From positions 8,057 to 72,056 of the forward strand of contig JAZDOE010000018.1 in assembly GCA_043798985.1 (NCBI GenBank): a DNA stretch of 64,000 bases, written 5' to 3'. The notes beneath the pieces are model-generated. The model saw only the letters and a program-made list of their open reading frames with translations, was not told where the DNA came from and did not search any database. This document shows positions 19,122 through 28,700 of the stretch, one piece after another; position 1 is the stretch's first letter, and each line of letters begins with the position of its first letter. Source of the DNA: Candidatus Falkowbacteria bacterium (GTDB lineage: Bacteria > Patescibacteriota > Patescibacteriia > UBA11705 > JACRDX01). The position numbers and the translations under genes were made by a program.

Positions 19122-21782
19122 ATGAAGATTGTTTTTGTCGTTGCGGGGGATGAAAATTTGGGGGTAGAATATTTAGCGGACTATTTGAAGAAAAATCATC
19201 ATCAAGTTGAGTTATTGTATGACCCGCAAATATTTGGAAAAGCGCACTTAAACATTTCTTTTTTAGGAAGATTGTTTGATTGGAAAAAATTAAATTTAAA
19301 AAAAATAAAAAGAGCCAGTCCTGATATAGTTGGTCTTTCTTGCGTCACGGCAACATATCAGTGGGCGAGAGATTTTGCAAAATTGGTAAAGACGGAATTG
19401 AGCATCCCGATCATTTTTGGTGGAGTTCATCCAACATTGGTTCCTGAGCTAGTTATAAAAGATGATTTTGTGGACATGGTTTGCGTGGGGGAAGGAGAAG
19501 AACCCCTTTTAGAGCTGCTGGATAGTTTGACGAACAATGCGCAGCGAACCGACATTAAAAGTCTTTGGTTTAAAAAAGGGGGGCAAATAATTAAGAATGA
19601 GGCGCGAGCATTGACAGAAAATATAGATAATTATTGCCTTGATAAAGAATTGTTTTTGGACATTTTGCCTAAGAATTTCAGAAAGGAGATAAATTATTTG
19701 ACGAGCAGGGGTTGCCCGTATAGGTGCACGTATTGTGGAAATGAACAAAAGGCTAAAATTTTTCAGGGTAGGGGAAAATATTTAAGACAAAAGAGCGTCC
19801 AGAGCGTGATCGCAGAACTTCAAAAGATAAAAAATGAGTACTCGTCCCAATACGTTGTTTTTGTTGATGATGTTTTAACGATGGATAGAGCTTGGTTTAG
19901 AGAGTTTAGCAAAATTTACGCAGAAAAAATAGGGTTGCCATTTACCTGTTTTGCACATTGTAAAATCATGGATGAGGAATTGATGATATTATTGCGTGAT
20001 GCTGGATGTAAGCTGATTGGATTTGGAGTGCAGTCAGGATCAGAGGAGACAAGGAGGAACGTGTTAAATAGGTATGAAACCAATGAGGAAATTTTGCAAG
20101 CGGCGGAGCTGTGCCGCAAGTATCAGATGCGGTTTATGGTCGATCACATTTTTGACATCCCATTTGATGATACAAACAATCTTGAATCTTTAAGGTTTTA
20201 TAATAAGGTGCGGCCGACAATGCTGAATGCGTTCAATCTGTTATATTTTCCTTGCGCAAAGATAATAGATTCCGGAATAAAGAGCGGAAAGATAACTGAC
20301 GCCGACGTCACCCTGATAAACGAGGGGCGATCAGTTGTCTACGAAACTGGAGCGGCGACTAGAAAAATAAAAGGAAATAAGAAAGACAATTATAGGAAAT
20401 ATGCGCTGCTTTATCAGCTGATGGTTTTATTTCCTCAACGATTTTTTGAAAAAATTTTGAAGCGGCAAAAAATAGTTGACCTCATTGGGATGTTTTCCCT
20501 TTCGTTCGTTTCAGTTGCCAGGATATTAGTCAATATAAAAGCTGGGCATGGATTTATTCCGCTTAGGATTATCAAAGATGAGATTTATTGGATGGTAAAA
20601 ACAGTCAAAGAAAGATCCTCTTGGCGTCCCAGAAAAGATGCGATGGATAAAATTTTAATTATATCGCCGTTTGTTTCTCCAAATGTTGGTGGGGCGGAGA
20701 CGCACATAGATGATTTAAGCGACTATTTAGCTCAAAAAAATTTTGATGTCCAAATTTTAACTTATCAACCATTAACGACGGACGCCAGTGGCGCATCTAA
20801 AGAAATGAGGGGCGCGCGGATAAAGATTAGAAGATATGCATGGTTTGGTCATAATATCTTCCATCGACTAGCGAATTTTCCGATTTTAAATTTTTTATAT
20901 ATAACTCCGTATTTGTTTGTTCGTTCTTTCTTTTTTATGTTAAGTAATAGCCGAAACTTCCGATTGATAAACGCTCACGGGCTTAATGCTGTATTTATCG
21001 CCGTTGTTTTAAAAATTTTTTTTAACAAAAAGATTGTCTTCAGCACAATGGCTCTTTATGATTTCAGGGACGGTTCGGTATTTAAAAAAATTACACAGCG
21101 TGTTTTGCGTAAGGTTGACCGGATTCTTGCACAGTCCGAAGAATCCAAAGCTGAATTTGTCTCCCTTGGTTTTCCCGTGGAAAAAATTGATGTTTTTGTT
21201 CACTGGGTGAATGTGAGTCGTTTTTATCCGATTGAGAAAAATGAAGCTAGATATCATTTAGGGTGGGAGAACAAGTTTACAGTAATTTTTGTCGGGAGAT
21301 TGATTTTTTTAAAAGGAGTGGATTTAGTTATTCGCGCTGCCGAGGCATTACAAGACATAACTTTTGTAATCGTTGGAGATGATGGCCCTCTTTTAGAGGA
21401 CGTTGCGCGCGCCTCAAAAAATATGAAAAATTTAAATTTTGTTGGCAAAGTAGAATACTCGGCATTGTCAAAATATTATAATGCGGCGGATATTTTTCTT
21501 TATCCGGCGAGGTATAAAGAGGATATGGCGCGTGCGATAAACGAATCGCTTGCCTGCGGAACGCCTGTTTTGGTGGCAAATATTGGCGCGGAGCCATATA
21601 CAATTGACTCCTCGGTCGCTCGGCTTATTGTGCCGGAGGTTGAAAGTATTGTCGCGACAATAAAAGCCTTGAAGCAAACTCCATCGTTGTTATTGGACAT
21701 GCAAAGAGCCGCTCCGAAGTTTATCAAAGAGCTGAATCAAAAGGTTGCTGATATAATCATTGAGGGCTATAATAAAGCATGA
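19122..21782 (+). CDS. Fusion protein: N-terminal B12-binding radical SAM (class B, Fom3-like architecture) and C-terminal GT1 (GT4) glycosyltransferase
   Basis: The B12-binding-like N-terminus is followed by TSRGCPYRCTYCGN (canonical CxxxCxxC). The C-terminal half ILIISPFVSPNVGGAETH...ESLACGTPVLVAN is a GT4 fold. Confidence 0.7.
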   Translation: MKIVFVVAGDENLGVEYLADYLKKNHHQVELLYDPQIFGKAHLNISFLGRLFDWKKLNLKKIKRASPDIVGLSCVTATYQWARDFAKLVKTELSIPIIFGGVHPTLVPELVIKDDFVDMVCVGEGEEPLLELLDSLTNNAQRTDIKSLWFKKGGQIIKNEARALTENIDNYCLDKELFLDILPKNFRKEINYLTSRGCPYRCTYCGNEQKAKIFQGRGKYLRQKSVQSVIAELQKIKNEYSSQYVVFVDDVLTMDRAWFREFSKIYAEKIGLPFTCFAHCKIMDEELMILLRDAGCKLIGFGVQSGSEETRRNVLNRYETNEEILQAAELCRKYQMRFMVDHIFDIPFDDTNNLESLRFYNKVRPTMLNAFNLLYFPCAKIIDSGIKSGKITDADVTLINEGRSVVYETGAATRKIKGNKKDNYRKYALLYQLMVLFPQRFFEKILKRQKIVDLIGMFSLSFVSVARILVNIKAGHGFIPLRIIKDEIYWMVKTVKERSSWRPRKDAMDKILIISPFVSPNVGGAETHIDDLSDYLAQKNFDVQILTYQPLTTDASGASKEMRGARIKIRRYAWFGHNIFHRLANFPILNFLYITPYLFVRSFFFMLSNSRNFRLINAHGLNAVFIAVVLKIFFNKKIVFSTMALYDFRDGSVFKKITQRVLRKVDRILAQSEESKAEFVSLGFPVEKIDVFVHWVNVSRFYPIEKNEARYHLGWENKFTVIFVGRLIFLKGVDLVIRAAEALQDITFVIVGDDGPLLEDVARASKNMKNLNFVGKVEYSALSKYYNAADIFLYPARYKEDMARAINESLACGTPVLVANIGAEPYTIDSSVARLIVPEVESIVATIKALKQTPSLLLDMQRAAPKFIKELNQKVADIIIEGYNKA

Positions 21783-21785
21783 TAT

Positions 21786-22772
21786 ATGCAAGAATTTTAT
21801 AAAGGAAAGAATGTATTAATTACTGGCGGGGTGGGTTTTATTGGCAGTAGTATCGCAAAAAAGTTAGTCGAATTTGGTGCCAATGTTTTTATTATGGATT
21901 CGATGTGCCCGGATTACGGCGGCAATCTTTTTAATATTGAATCTATAAAGTCGTCTGTCAATGTTAATATTTCAGATATGCGCGATCCGTATAGTACAGA
22001 ATATTTGGTGAAAGGTAAAGATGTAATTTTCAATTTAGCGGGGCAGGTCAGTCATATTGATAGCATGAAAAATCCTTTTCAGGATTTAGAAATAAATTGT
22101 ACCGCGCAACTTTCTTTGCTGGAACTTTGCAGGAAGGTTAATCCCGCCGTGAAAATTGTTTTTGCATCAACCCGCCAGATTTATGGGAGAGCTGAATATT
22201 TGCCCTTAGACGAGAAGCACATTGTTAATCCAATAGATGTCAATGGGATAAATAAAGCAGCCGGAGAGCGCTACCATACTTTATACAATAATATTTATGG
22301 AATAAAAGCGTGTGCGTTACGACTAACGAATACTTATGGTCCTCGGCAATTAATCAAACATAATAAGCAGGGATTCATTGCGTGGTTTATTAATAGGTTG
22401 GTAACGAATAATAAAATAGCCATTTTCGGTGATGGAATGCAGACTCGAGATTTTAATTATATCGACGATGTTGTGAATGCGTTTCTCGTGGCTGGGAAAA
22501 ACTCGGTAGCTGATGGCGAAGTATTTAACTTGGGGGGCACTGAGCCAGTAACCTTAAAGGCCCTAACAGAACAAATGATTGAGATAAACGGTGCGGGAGA
22601 ATATGAGTTGGTGCCCTTTCCAGATGAAAAAAAGCAGATTGATCTTGGTAGTTGCAGTTGCAGTTTCGACAAAATAAAAAATGTTTTGGGGTGGGTTCCA
22701 GTGGTTTCTTTAAGGGATGGTCTTATTGCGACACTCAATTACTATAAGGAGCACAAGGCGCATTATTTATAA
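21786..22772 (+). CDS. NAD-dependent sugar epimerase/dehydratase (extended SDR)
   Basis: VLITGGVGFIGSSIAKKL glycine-rich motif. YxxxK context. The length is typical of NDP-sugar epimerases. Confidence 0.75.
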   Translation: MQEFYKGKNVLITGGVGFIGSSIAKKLVEFGANVFIMDSMCPDYGGNLFNIESIKSSVNVNISDMRDPYSTEYLVKGKDVIFNLAGQVSHIDSMKNPFQDLEINCTAQLSLLELCRKVNPAVKIVFASTRQIYGRAEYLPLDEKHIVNPIDVNGINKAAGERYHTLYNNIYGIKACALRLTNTYGPRQLIKHNKQGFIAWFINRLVTNNKIAIFGDGMQTRDFNYIDDVVNAFLVAGKNSVADGEVFNLGGTEPVTLKALTEQMIEINGAGEYELVPFPDEKKQIDLGSCSCSFDKIKNVLGWVPVVSLRDGLIATLNYYKEHKAHYL

Positions 22773-22781
22773 ATATTTTTT

Positions 22782-23876
22782 ATGATTCCATTTTTTGAGT
22801 TAAAGCGACAATATGCGCTGATTAAAAATGCTATACACGAGGAACTGAATGGGATTTTTGAGCGCGGCGTTTATATTTTGGGCGATGAAAATAAAAAATT
22901 TGAACAAGAATTCGCTGATTATTGTGGAGTTGGTTATGCGATAGGTTGTAATTCTGGGACCGATGCTTTGAAATTGGCGATGCTATCGCTAAATATTGGA
23001 GCAGGAGACGAAGTTATAACAGTCTCGCATACAGCAGTTCCAACTGTTTCCTCAATTTATGAGGTTGGAGCCACGCCGGTTTTTGTTGATATAGAAAAAG
23101 ATGGTTTTCTGATGGATGTGAATAAGATTGAAAAAGCTATCACCGCAAAGACAAAAGCGATCATTCCTGTTTCTTTATACGGTGAAGCATGCGATATCCA
23201 GAAAATAAACGAGATAGCTGCAAAATATAACCTATCAGTGATTGAGGATGCGTGCCAAGCGCATGGAGCTATAAGCGCCGGAGTGAAAATTGGTGCCAGA
23301 GCGTTATTAACAGCTTTTAGTTTTTATCCAACGAAGAATTTAGGCGCTTATGGTGATGCTGGTATGGTTACAACCAACAACAAAGAGTTGGCGGGCAAGC
23401 TAGTCAATCTCAGGTTCTATGGAGTGGCAAATAAGGAAAAATATGAGCATACGTTGAGGGGGATCAATTCTAGATTAGATGAAGTACAAGCCGCCATTTT
23501 ACGGATTAAATTAAAATTTTTGGATAGTTGGAATAAACGACGTAGAGAAATTGCGGATTTTTATTTTAAAAATATAAAAAATTCGAATATCGTTTTGCCC
23601 AAAACAAGAGAAGCGGGAGGGCATGTTTTTCATTTATTCGTTATTAGATTTGTAGATAGGGATCGCTTGAAAAAGTATTTGCTTGATAACGGTGTTATTG
23701 CTTTAGTTCATTACCTTTTGCCAGCTCATAAGCAGCCAGTTTTTGCTGGCTTGCAACGAGAGGCATTGCCAGAAACAGAAAAAATTAGCAAGGAAATATT
23801 GTCTTTGCCGGTTTTTCCTGAATTGAAGCAAGAAGAGTTGGAAAAGATTGTTTTTTTGCTTAATAATTTTAAATAA
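22782..23876 (+). CDS. DegT/DnrJ/EryC1/StrS-family PLP-dependent sugar aminotransferase (ArnB-like)
   Basis: FELKRQYALIKNAIHEELNGIFERGVYILGDE, GCNSGTDAL, SFYPTKNLGAYGDAG. Confidence 0.8.
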   Translation: MIPFFELKRQYALIKNAIHEELNGIFERGVYILGDENKKFEQEFADYCGVGYAIGCNSGTDALKLAMLSLNIGAGDEVITVSHTAVPTVSSIYEVGATPVFVDIEKDGFLMDVNKIEKAITAKTKAIIPVSLYGEACDIQKINEIAAKYNLSVIEDACQAHGAISAGVKIGARALLTAFSFYPTKNLGAYGDAGMVTTNNKELAGKLVNLRFYGVANKEKYEHTLRGINSRLDEVQAAILRIKLKFLDSWNKRRREIADFYFKNIKNSNIVLPKTREAGGHVFHLFVIRFVDRDRLKKYLLDNGVIALVHYLLPAHKQPVFAGLQREALPETEKISKEILSLPVFPELKQEELEKIVFLLNNFK

Positions 23877-23888
23877 TGGTCTATTTTT

Positions 23889-24611
23889 ATGAGCGATTTG
23901 AACACGCCAGTCGATTATAATTTTGACGTACACGCACCACTAAGCTTTATGTATTATTTTACAAAACAATACATGGAGCAGACGCGGCGAACGATCTTGT
24001 CGTGCGGCAAAAATATTGGAGGATTGACACTATATGATATTGGCATTGGGCGCGGTCGTGCGCTGCAAATGTTTAAACATTTAGGCATTCAAAACGTAAT
24101 CGGCTTTGAGATTTCTATGGAAGAAGTAAAATTCGCTGAAAACCAGGCGGCTCGATTAAATATGAATCTAACGGTAGTTGCTGATTCCGCAGATAATATG
24201 GAGCTAAAAAAGATCGCAAATGACAGTTGTAGGTTGGTGACAATGATGAATGTTTTATTTTGTGTAAACGATAAAGTTAAATCTACCATGATTGGACAAG
24301 CAAAAAGGATACTTTGTGCAGGCGGAATTTTGATTGTCTTGGACATGCAAAGACCGTCTTTGTTGTCATTTTTTAGCCTTTTATCAGGTAAGCCGTGGAG
24401 ATTTTTTGGGGAAAAAGAATTTTTGCGTTTGATGGAACCATTACGACCAATCGCAATCGCCGAATCTAATCATTTTTATTTTGAGAATAGAACAATGACC
24501 TTTATAAATAAGTTTCTAAGATTTAATATTTGTTATGCGCTGGACGCGATTGCGCGATTTTTTAAAATACCAGGAGCAACTAAAACGTTCATATTTATTA
24601 AAGAGAATTAA
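23889..24611 (+). CDS. Putative SAM-dependent methyltransferase (weak)
   Basis: YDIGIGRGRALQMF motif-I-like segment. Otherwise uncharacterised. Confidence 0.3.
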   Translation: MSDLNTPVDYNFDVHAPLSFMYYFTKQYMEQTRRTILSCGKNIGGLTLYDIGIGRGRALQMFKHLGIQNVIGFEISMEEVKFAENQAARLNMNLTVVADSADNMELKKIANDSCRLVTMMNVLFCVNDKVKSTMIGQAKRILCAGGILIVLDMQRPSLLSFFSLLSGKPWRFFGEKEFLRLMEPLRPIAIAESNHFYFENRTMTFINKFLRFNICYALDAIARFFKIPGATKTFIFIKEN

Positions 24612-24632
24612 ACGTGGGACAAAAAATAAGAT

Positions 24633-25880
24633 ATGGATAAAGAGAAGGACGGCAATGAAATCAAAATAGCCCATTTATATTTTTATGGAGATCAGCATCA
24701 TAAAGATAACGAAGCGGCTCGCTGCAAAAAGAGAGTGATTTCGGACGGTGGATCAAATATTCATACAAATTTTTTGCTTCGGATAAAGGAGCGCGTCGAA
24801 ATAATAATTCATACGTACCAGGACAACTATCAGGTAAAAAATTTTTTTGGTGATTCACCAAGCATAAAGATAAAAGAATATGCGACGCTTTCTGGACTAT
24901 TTAAAAAATATCTATTGAGAATAGAGACTGTTACTCGGTGTTTTTATCCGGGTTTGATTTTTTTATTCAAAAAATTAAAAGAAGATTTTTTAGTAACGCA
25001 GACAGATTTCTTGCCAGATACTTTTGCTGCCTTTTGCGCAAAGATCCGTAATCCTAAAATTATTTGGATAGCATCTTTTTTCTTGGCAGCGCCCGCGCCT
25101 TGGGATAGGCAATCTCCATATAGGGGCAAGCGCTGGATTATTGGATTGTTTTATTGGTTATTGCAAATTCCGTCTATTTGGTTTATAAAACTAAAGGCCG
25201 ATAAAATTATTGTAACCTCAGAACCAGACGTTGTTCAATTTGTTAGCGAGAAGAGGGATAAATCTAAGATTATTGTTGTCCAGGGGGGGGTGGATATTAC
25301 AGATTCTGAAAAATATTTAGGAGCAGGGATCGTTGTGCCGGTTGAGCAAAGAAAGTATGATGCATGTTTTGTCGGCAGGTTTCATTGTCAAAAGGGCGTG
25401 CTTGAATTGGTGGATATTTGGAAAAAGGTTTGTGCACAAAAGCCGACAGCAAAACTGGCAATGATCGGAATCGGACAGTTGGAAAGTGACGTGGAAAAAC
25501 GTATTAAAGAGCATAGTTTGGCAGACAACATTGATTTGCTTGGATTTAAAGATGGCGGAGAAAAATATGAAATTTTTAAGCAAAGTAAAATAATGGTGCA
25601 TCCTGCTACTTATGATAGCGGAGGAATGGCAGCAGCTGGCGGAATGGCATGGGGATTGCCGGCCGTCTCGTTTGATCTAGAAGCGTTGCAGACGTATTAT
25701 CCAAAAGGAATGATTAAATCAGTAATTGGCGATGATCAGGGTTTTGCGGATAATTTGATTAAATTACTAGACGATAAAGATTTGTATGCTCGTACAACAA
25801 CGGACGCATTATCGTTGATTAGGGATGTCTGGAATTGGGATAAACGTGCGGACGAAATGTATAAAAAAATGTTTTTATGA
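24633..25880 (+). CDS. Glycosyltransferase family 1 (GT4)
   Basis: C-terminal GT1 domain (ACFVGRFHCQKG, HPATYDSGGMAAAGGMAWGLPAVSFD). Confidence 0.65.
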   Translation: MDKEKDGNEIKIAHLYFYGDQHHKDNEAARCKKRVISDGGSNIHTNFLLRIKERVEIIIHTYQDNYQVKNFFGDSPSIKIKEYATLSGLFKKYLLRIETVTRCFYPGLIFLFKKLKEDFLVTQTDFLPDTFAAFCAKIRNPKIIWIASFFLAAPAPWDRQSPYRGKRWIIGLFYWLLQIPSIWFIKLKADKIIVTSEPDVVQFVSEKRDKSKIIVVQGGVDITDSEKYLGAGIVVPVEQRKYDACFVGRFHCQKGVLELVDIWKKVCAQKPTAKLAMIGIGQLESDVEKRIKEHSLADNIDLLGFKDGGEKYEIFKQSKIMVHPATYDSGGMAAAGGMAWGLPAVSFDLEALQTYYPKGMIKSVIGDDQGFADNLIKLLDDKDLYARTTTDALSLIRDVWNWDKRADEMYKKMFL

Positions 25881-26749
25881 GTTGCAACTTGTGCGGTTCA
25901 AATAATACAGTTCTTTTGTTTAATACTTGCAATTTACATGGCAGGCACATGTTGGATTCAAAAGATATTTTTAAAATTGCGCGATGCGTGGATTGTGGAA
26001 ATATTTTTGTGGATAATATAAAAGTTGACGATACGTATTATAAAAAATATTATTGTTCTGATTATTATGAGCAACCAGCCAAATTACCGAAAATAGTTGG
26101 CTGTTTTTTAAAATTATTTTCGAGAATATCTCGACACAGGAAAGAAAAAGCGATTATAAAAACTTTGGATGTTCGTAAAACAAAGTATAAGATTTTGGAC
26201 ATTGGCTGCGGCACTGGAAGTTTTTTGTTGGGGCTTGATCCTGTAAAATTTGAAAAGTTCGGAGTGGAAATAAGCCCGACCGGTCAAAAAATTTGTCAAG
26301 AGCAAGGGTTGAACGTTTTTTGCGGAAAATTAGAGGGTGCAAATTTTGCTGATCAATTTTTTGACGCGATTACCGCTTGGCATGTTTTTGAGCATCTTGA
26401 AAAACCAGTTAAAACACTGAGCGCGGCGCGGCGAGTATTGTCAGATGATGGAATTTTAGTTTTTCAGGTTCCAAATGCGGATGGTTTTGGTTTTCAATAC
26501 GGGCAACAAAAATGGTTTCATTCTGACTCGCCGCGCCATTTATGGTTGCCGAACAGGAAAAGCATAGATTTTCTTTTGCAAAAAACCGGCTTCAAGATTT
26601 TGGAAGTGAAGAATGAATTTTATGATTATCCGCTTGATCTTTTTTGGTCAGTGCGCAAATCAAAGATGCGCTTTCTGTTTTATCCATTTTATTTTGTCGC
26701 AAAGATATTGAGCAAAGAGACACTGACTTTTGTTTGTAAAAAAATATGA
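25877..26749 (+). CDS. Class I SAM-dependent methyltransferase with N-terminal Cys-rich (zinc-ribbon-like) segment
   Basis: CNLCGS...CVDCGN, then ILDIGCGTGSFLLGL, then WHVFEHL. Confidence 0.6.
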   Translation: MSCNLCGSNNTVLLFNTCNLHGRHMLDSKDIFKIARCVDCGNIFVDNIKVDDTYYKKYYCSDYYEQPAKLPKIVGCFLKLFSRISRHRKEKAIIKTLDVRKTKYKILDIGCGTGSFLLGLDPVKFEKFGVEISPTGQKICQEQGLNVFCGKLEGANFADQFFDAITAWHVFEHLEKPVKTLSAARRVLSDDGILVFQVPNADGFGFQYGQQKWFHSDSPRHLWLPNRKSIDFLLQKTGFKILEVKNEFYDYPLDLFWSVRKSKMRFLFYPFYFVAKILSKETLTFVCKKI

Positions 26750-27384
26750 AAACCGCGATTTACGCAAAATATGTGCAGGACTTATGCAAAGAGTTTGTGA
26801 AAAAACAGGATAAGGTTTTTGATTGCGGCTGTGGCGATGGTTCTAAAACAAAAATTTTGATGCAATATTCTGACAACGTGATCGGCGGCGATCTTGACAA
26901 CAGAGTTGCGCTGGAGTTTAAAATAAATTTTAGAAAAATAATGCCCACACAATATGGCGACGAAAATGATTTTGATGTTGTTTTCTCGTTCGACGTGATT
27001 GAGCATATTAAGAACGATGCCGATTTCTTGGTGGAGTTAATGAGAATAACAAAACCGACAGGAGTGATAATTGTCGGTACGCCGAACAAAAATAGGCTCT
27101 CAAATAAAGTCACTGCGTTGATAAATGGCGAAATACAATATCCGCGTAAATTGGGATTTCACTATGAGAGCGGCGGTGATATAATTCATGTCAGAGAATA
27201 TACAAAACGAGATTTATTGGATTTGGCAGAAAAATTGAATATCAAAAATGTAGTTATTCGCGCTGGATTTTTGGGGCTTTATACTCCATTTGGCGCGGTT
27301 GGATTTAAAGGATTGAATCAAAAAAGATTTGCCGAATATGCGCAGCATTTGTTTTTAATTATAAAAAAATATGCAAAAAAATAA
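26746..27384 (+). CDS. Class I SAM-dependent methyltransferase
   Basis: VFDCGCGDGSKT motif I. DVVFSFDVIEHI post-I motif. Confidence 0.6.
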   Translation: MKTAIYAKYVQDLCKEFVKKQDKVFDCGCGDGSKTKILMQYSDNVIGGDLDNRVALEFKINFRKIMPTQYGDENDFDVVFSFDVIEHIKNDADFLVELMRITKPTGVIIVGTPNKNRLSNKVTALINGEIQYPRKLGFHYESGGDIIHVREYTKRDLLDLAEKLNIKNVVIRAGFLGLYTPFGAVGFKGLNQKRFAEYAQHLFLIIKKYAKK

Positions 27385-27871
27385 TCAACAATCGATAATT
27401 GAAAAATTCATGTATTTTATTTTGGACGTTGATGGTGTGTTTACGACGGGACAATTTTTGTACACAGCCGATGGAAAATTTGCTAAAGTGTTTGGCCCAC
27501 ATGATAGTGATGGCATAAAATTGGTTTCCGAATTCTTGAAAGTTCAGGTGATTAGCGCTGACAAACGTGGCTGGCTGATTACAAAAAAACGTATTGCTGA
27601 TGATATGGGGCTGCAATTAGATAATGTCGTTGAGGCAGAACGGATAGATTGGTTCCGCAAAAATTTTGATCTTTCAAAAACCATTTACATGGGAGACGGG
27701 ATTTATGATGCCAAAGTTTTTGAATTGGTGGCATATAGCATTGCGCCGGCCGACGCGTTTTATATTGCACGGGAAAAAGCAAGCTTTGTTACAAAATGTA
27801 AAGCAGGAGAAGGCGCTGTCGCCGAAGCGTGTTTGCATATTTTGGAAAAATTTTTTAATCAAAAAATATGA
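27371..27871 (+). CDS. KdsC-like HAD-superfamily sugar-phosphate phosphatase
   Basis: FILDVDGVFTTG (DxD nucleophile) plus YMGDGIYDAKVFELVAYSIAPADA (GDxxxD). The length matches the KdsC/YrbI family. Confidence 0.7.
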   Translation: MQKNNQQSIIEKFMYFILDVDGVFTTGQFLYTADGKFAKVFGPHDSDGIKLVSEFLKVQVISADKRGWLITKKRIADDMGLQLDNVVEAERIDWFRKNFDLSKTIYMGDGIYDAKVFELVAYSIAPADAFYIAREKASFVTKCKAGEGAVAEACLHILEKFFNQKI

Positions 27872-28689
27872 AAATAGACAGAGATACGATCTGCTGTGTT
27901 TCTATTGCCGAGCGACCTGGTAATTTGGGCGCGGCAATTTTTAACGCGGCGTTTCAGGAATTGAATTTGAATTATGTTTACAAGCCATTTTGTGTTTTTG
28001 CGAAAGATTTGCAAAAAGCGATTAACGGTATGCGCGCGTTTGGCATTCGCGGTTGCGGCGTTTCAATGCCACATAAAAGTACAGTAATGCAATATTTAGA
28101 TAAGATCGATGAGGCGGCGAAGAGGATTGGCGCGGTAAATACAATAGTAAATGACGATGGCGTTCTATCTGGGTATAATACTGATTATGTAGGATTTAAA
28201 CGTGCGCTGGCAGAGAGTTATGCTGTATGCAGGAAAAAAGCATTTATTATTGGCGCTGGTGGAGCGGCGCGGGCGATTATTGTCGCGCTAAAAGACGGCG
28301 GTGCGGCTGAAATCTATCTTACTAATCGTGACGAGCAAAAAGGATTAGATTTGGCAAAAGAGTTCTCTTTGCATTATTATCCGTTTGACAAACGAGCAGA
28401 ATTAAGTGCTGATATTTTGGTTAACGCGACGCCGGTCGGCATGGCCCCGAATGCAGAAGAATTGATAATTGACAAACAAGTACTAGTGCACTATCATGCG
28501 TGTATGGACGTTGTAGTGTCTCCAAGAAAAACTGGTTTAATTTTAGCGGCAGAAGCGGCTGGAAAAATTGCCATTCATGGGGTGAAAATGGCACTATATC
28601 AGGGGCTCTCACAGTACGAATTGTATACAAAGTTATCTGCGCCAATCGATATTTTACAAAAGAGCATGCAGAAGTATTTAAATAATTAA
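27868..28689 (+). CDS. Shikimate/quinate dehydrogenase-like (AroE family) oxidoreductase
   Basis: GVSMPHKSTV, NTIVNDDGVLSGYNTDYVGF, then a GAGGAARAI Rossmann motif. Confidence 0.6.
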   Translation: MKIDRDTICCVSIAERPGNLGAAIFNAAFQELNLNYVYKPFCVFAKDLQKAINGMRAFGIRGCGVSMPHKSTVMQYLDKIDEAAKRIGAVNTIVNDDGVLSGYNTDYVGFKRALAESYAVCRKKAFIIGAGGAARAIIVALKDGGAAEIYLTNRDEQKGLDLAKEFSLHYYPFDKRAELSADILVNATPVGMAPNAEELIIDKQVLVHYHACMDVVVSPRKTGLILAAEAAGKIAIHGVKMALYQGLSQYELYTKLSAPIDILQKSMQKYLNN

Positions 28690-28700
28690 CTTGGTACACT

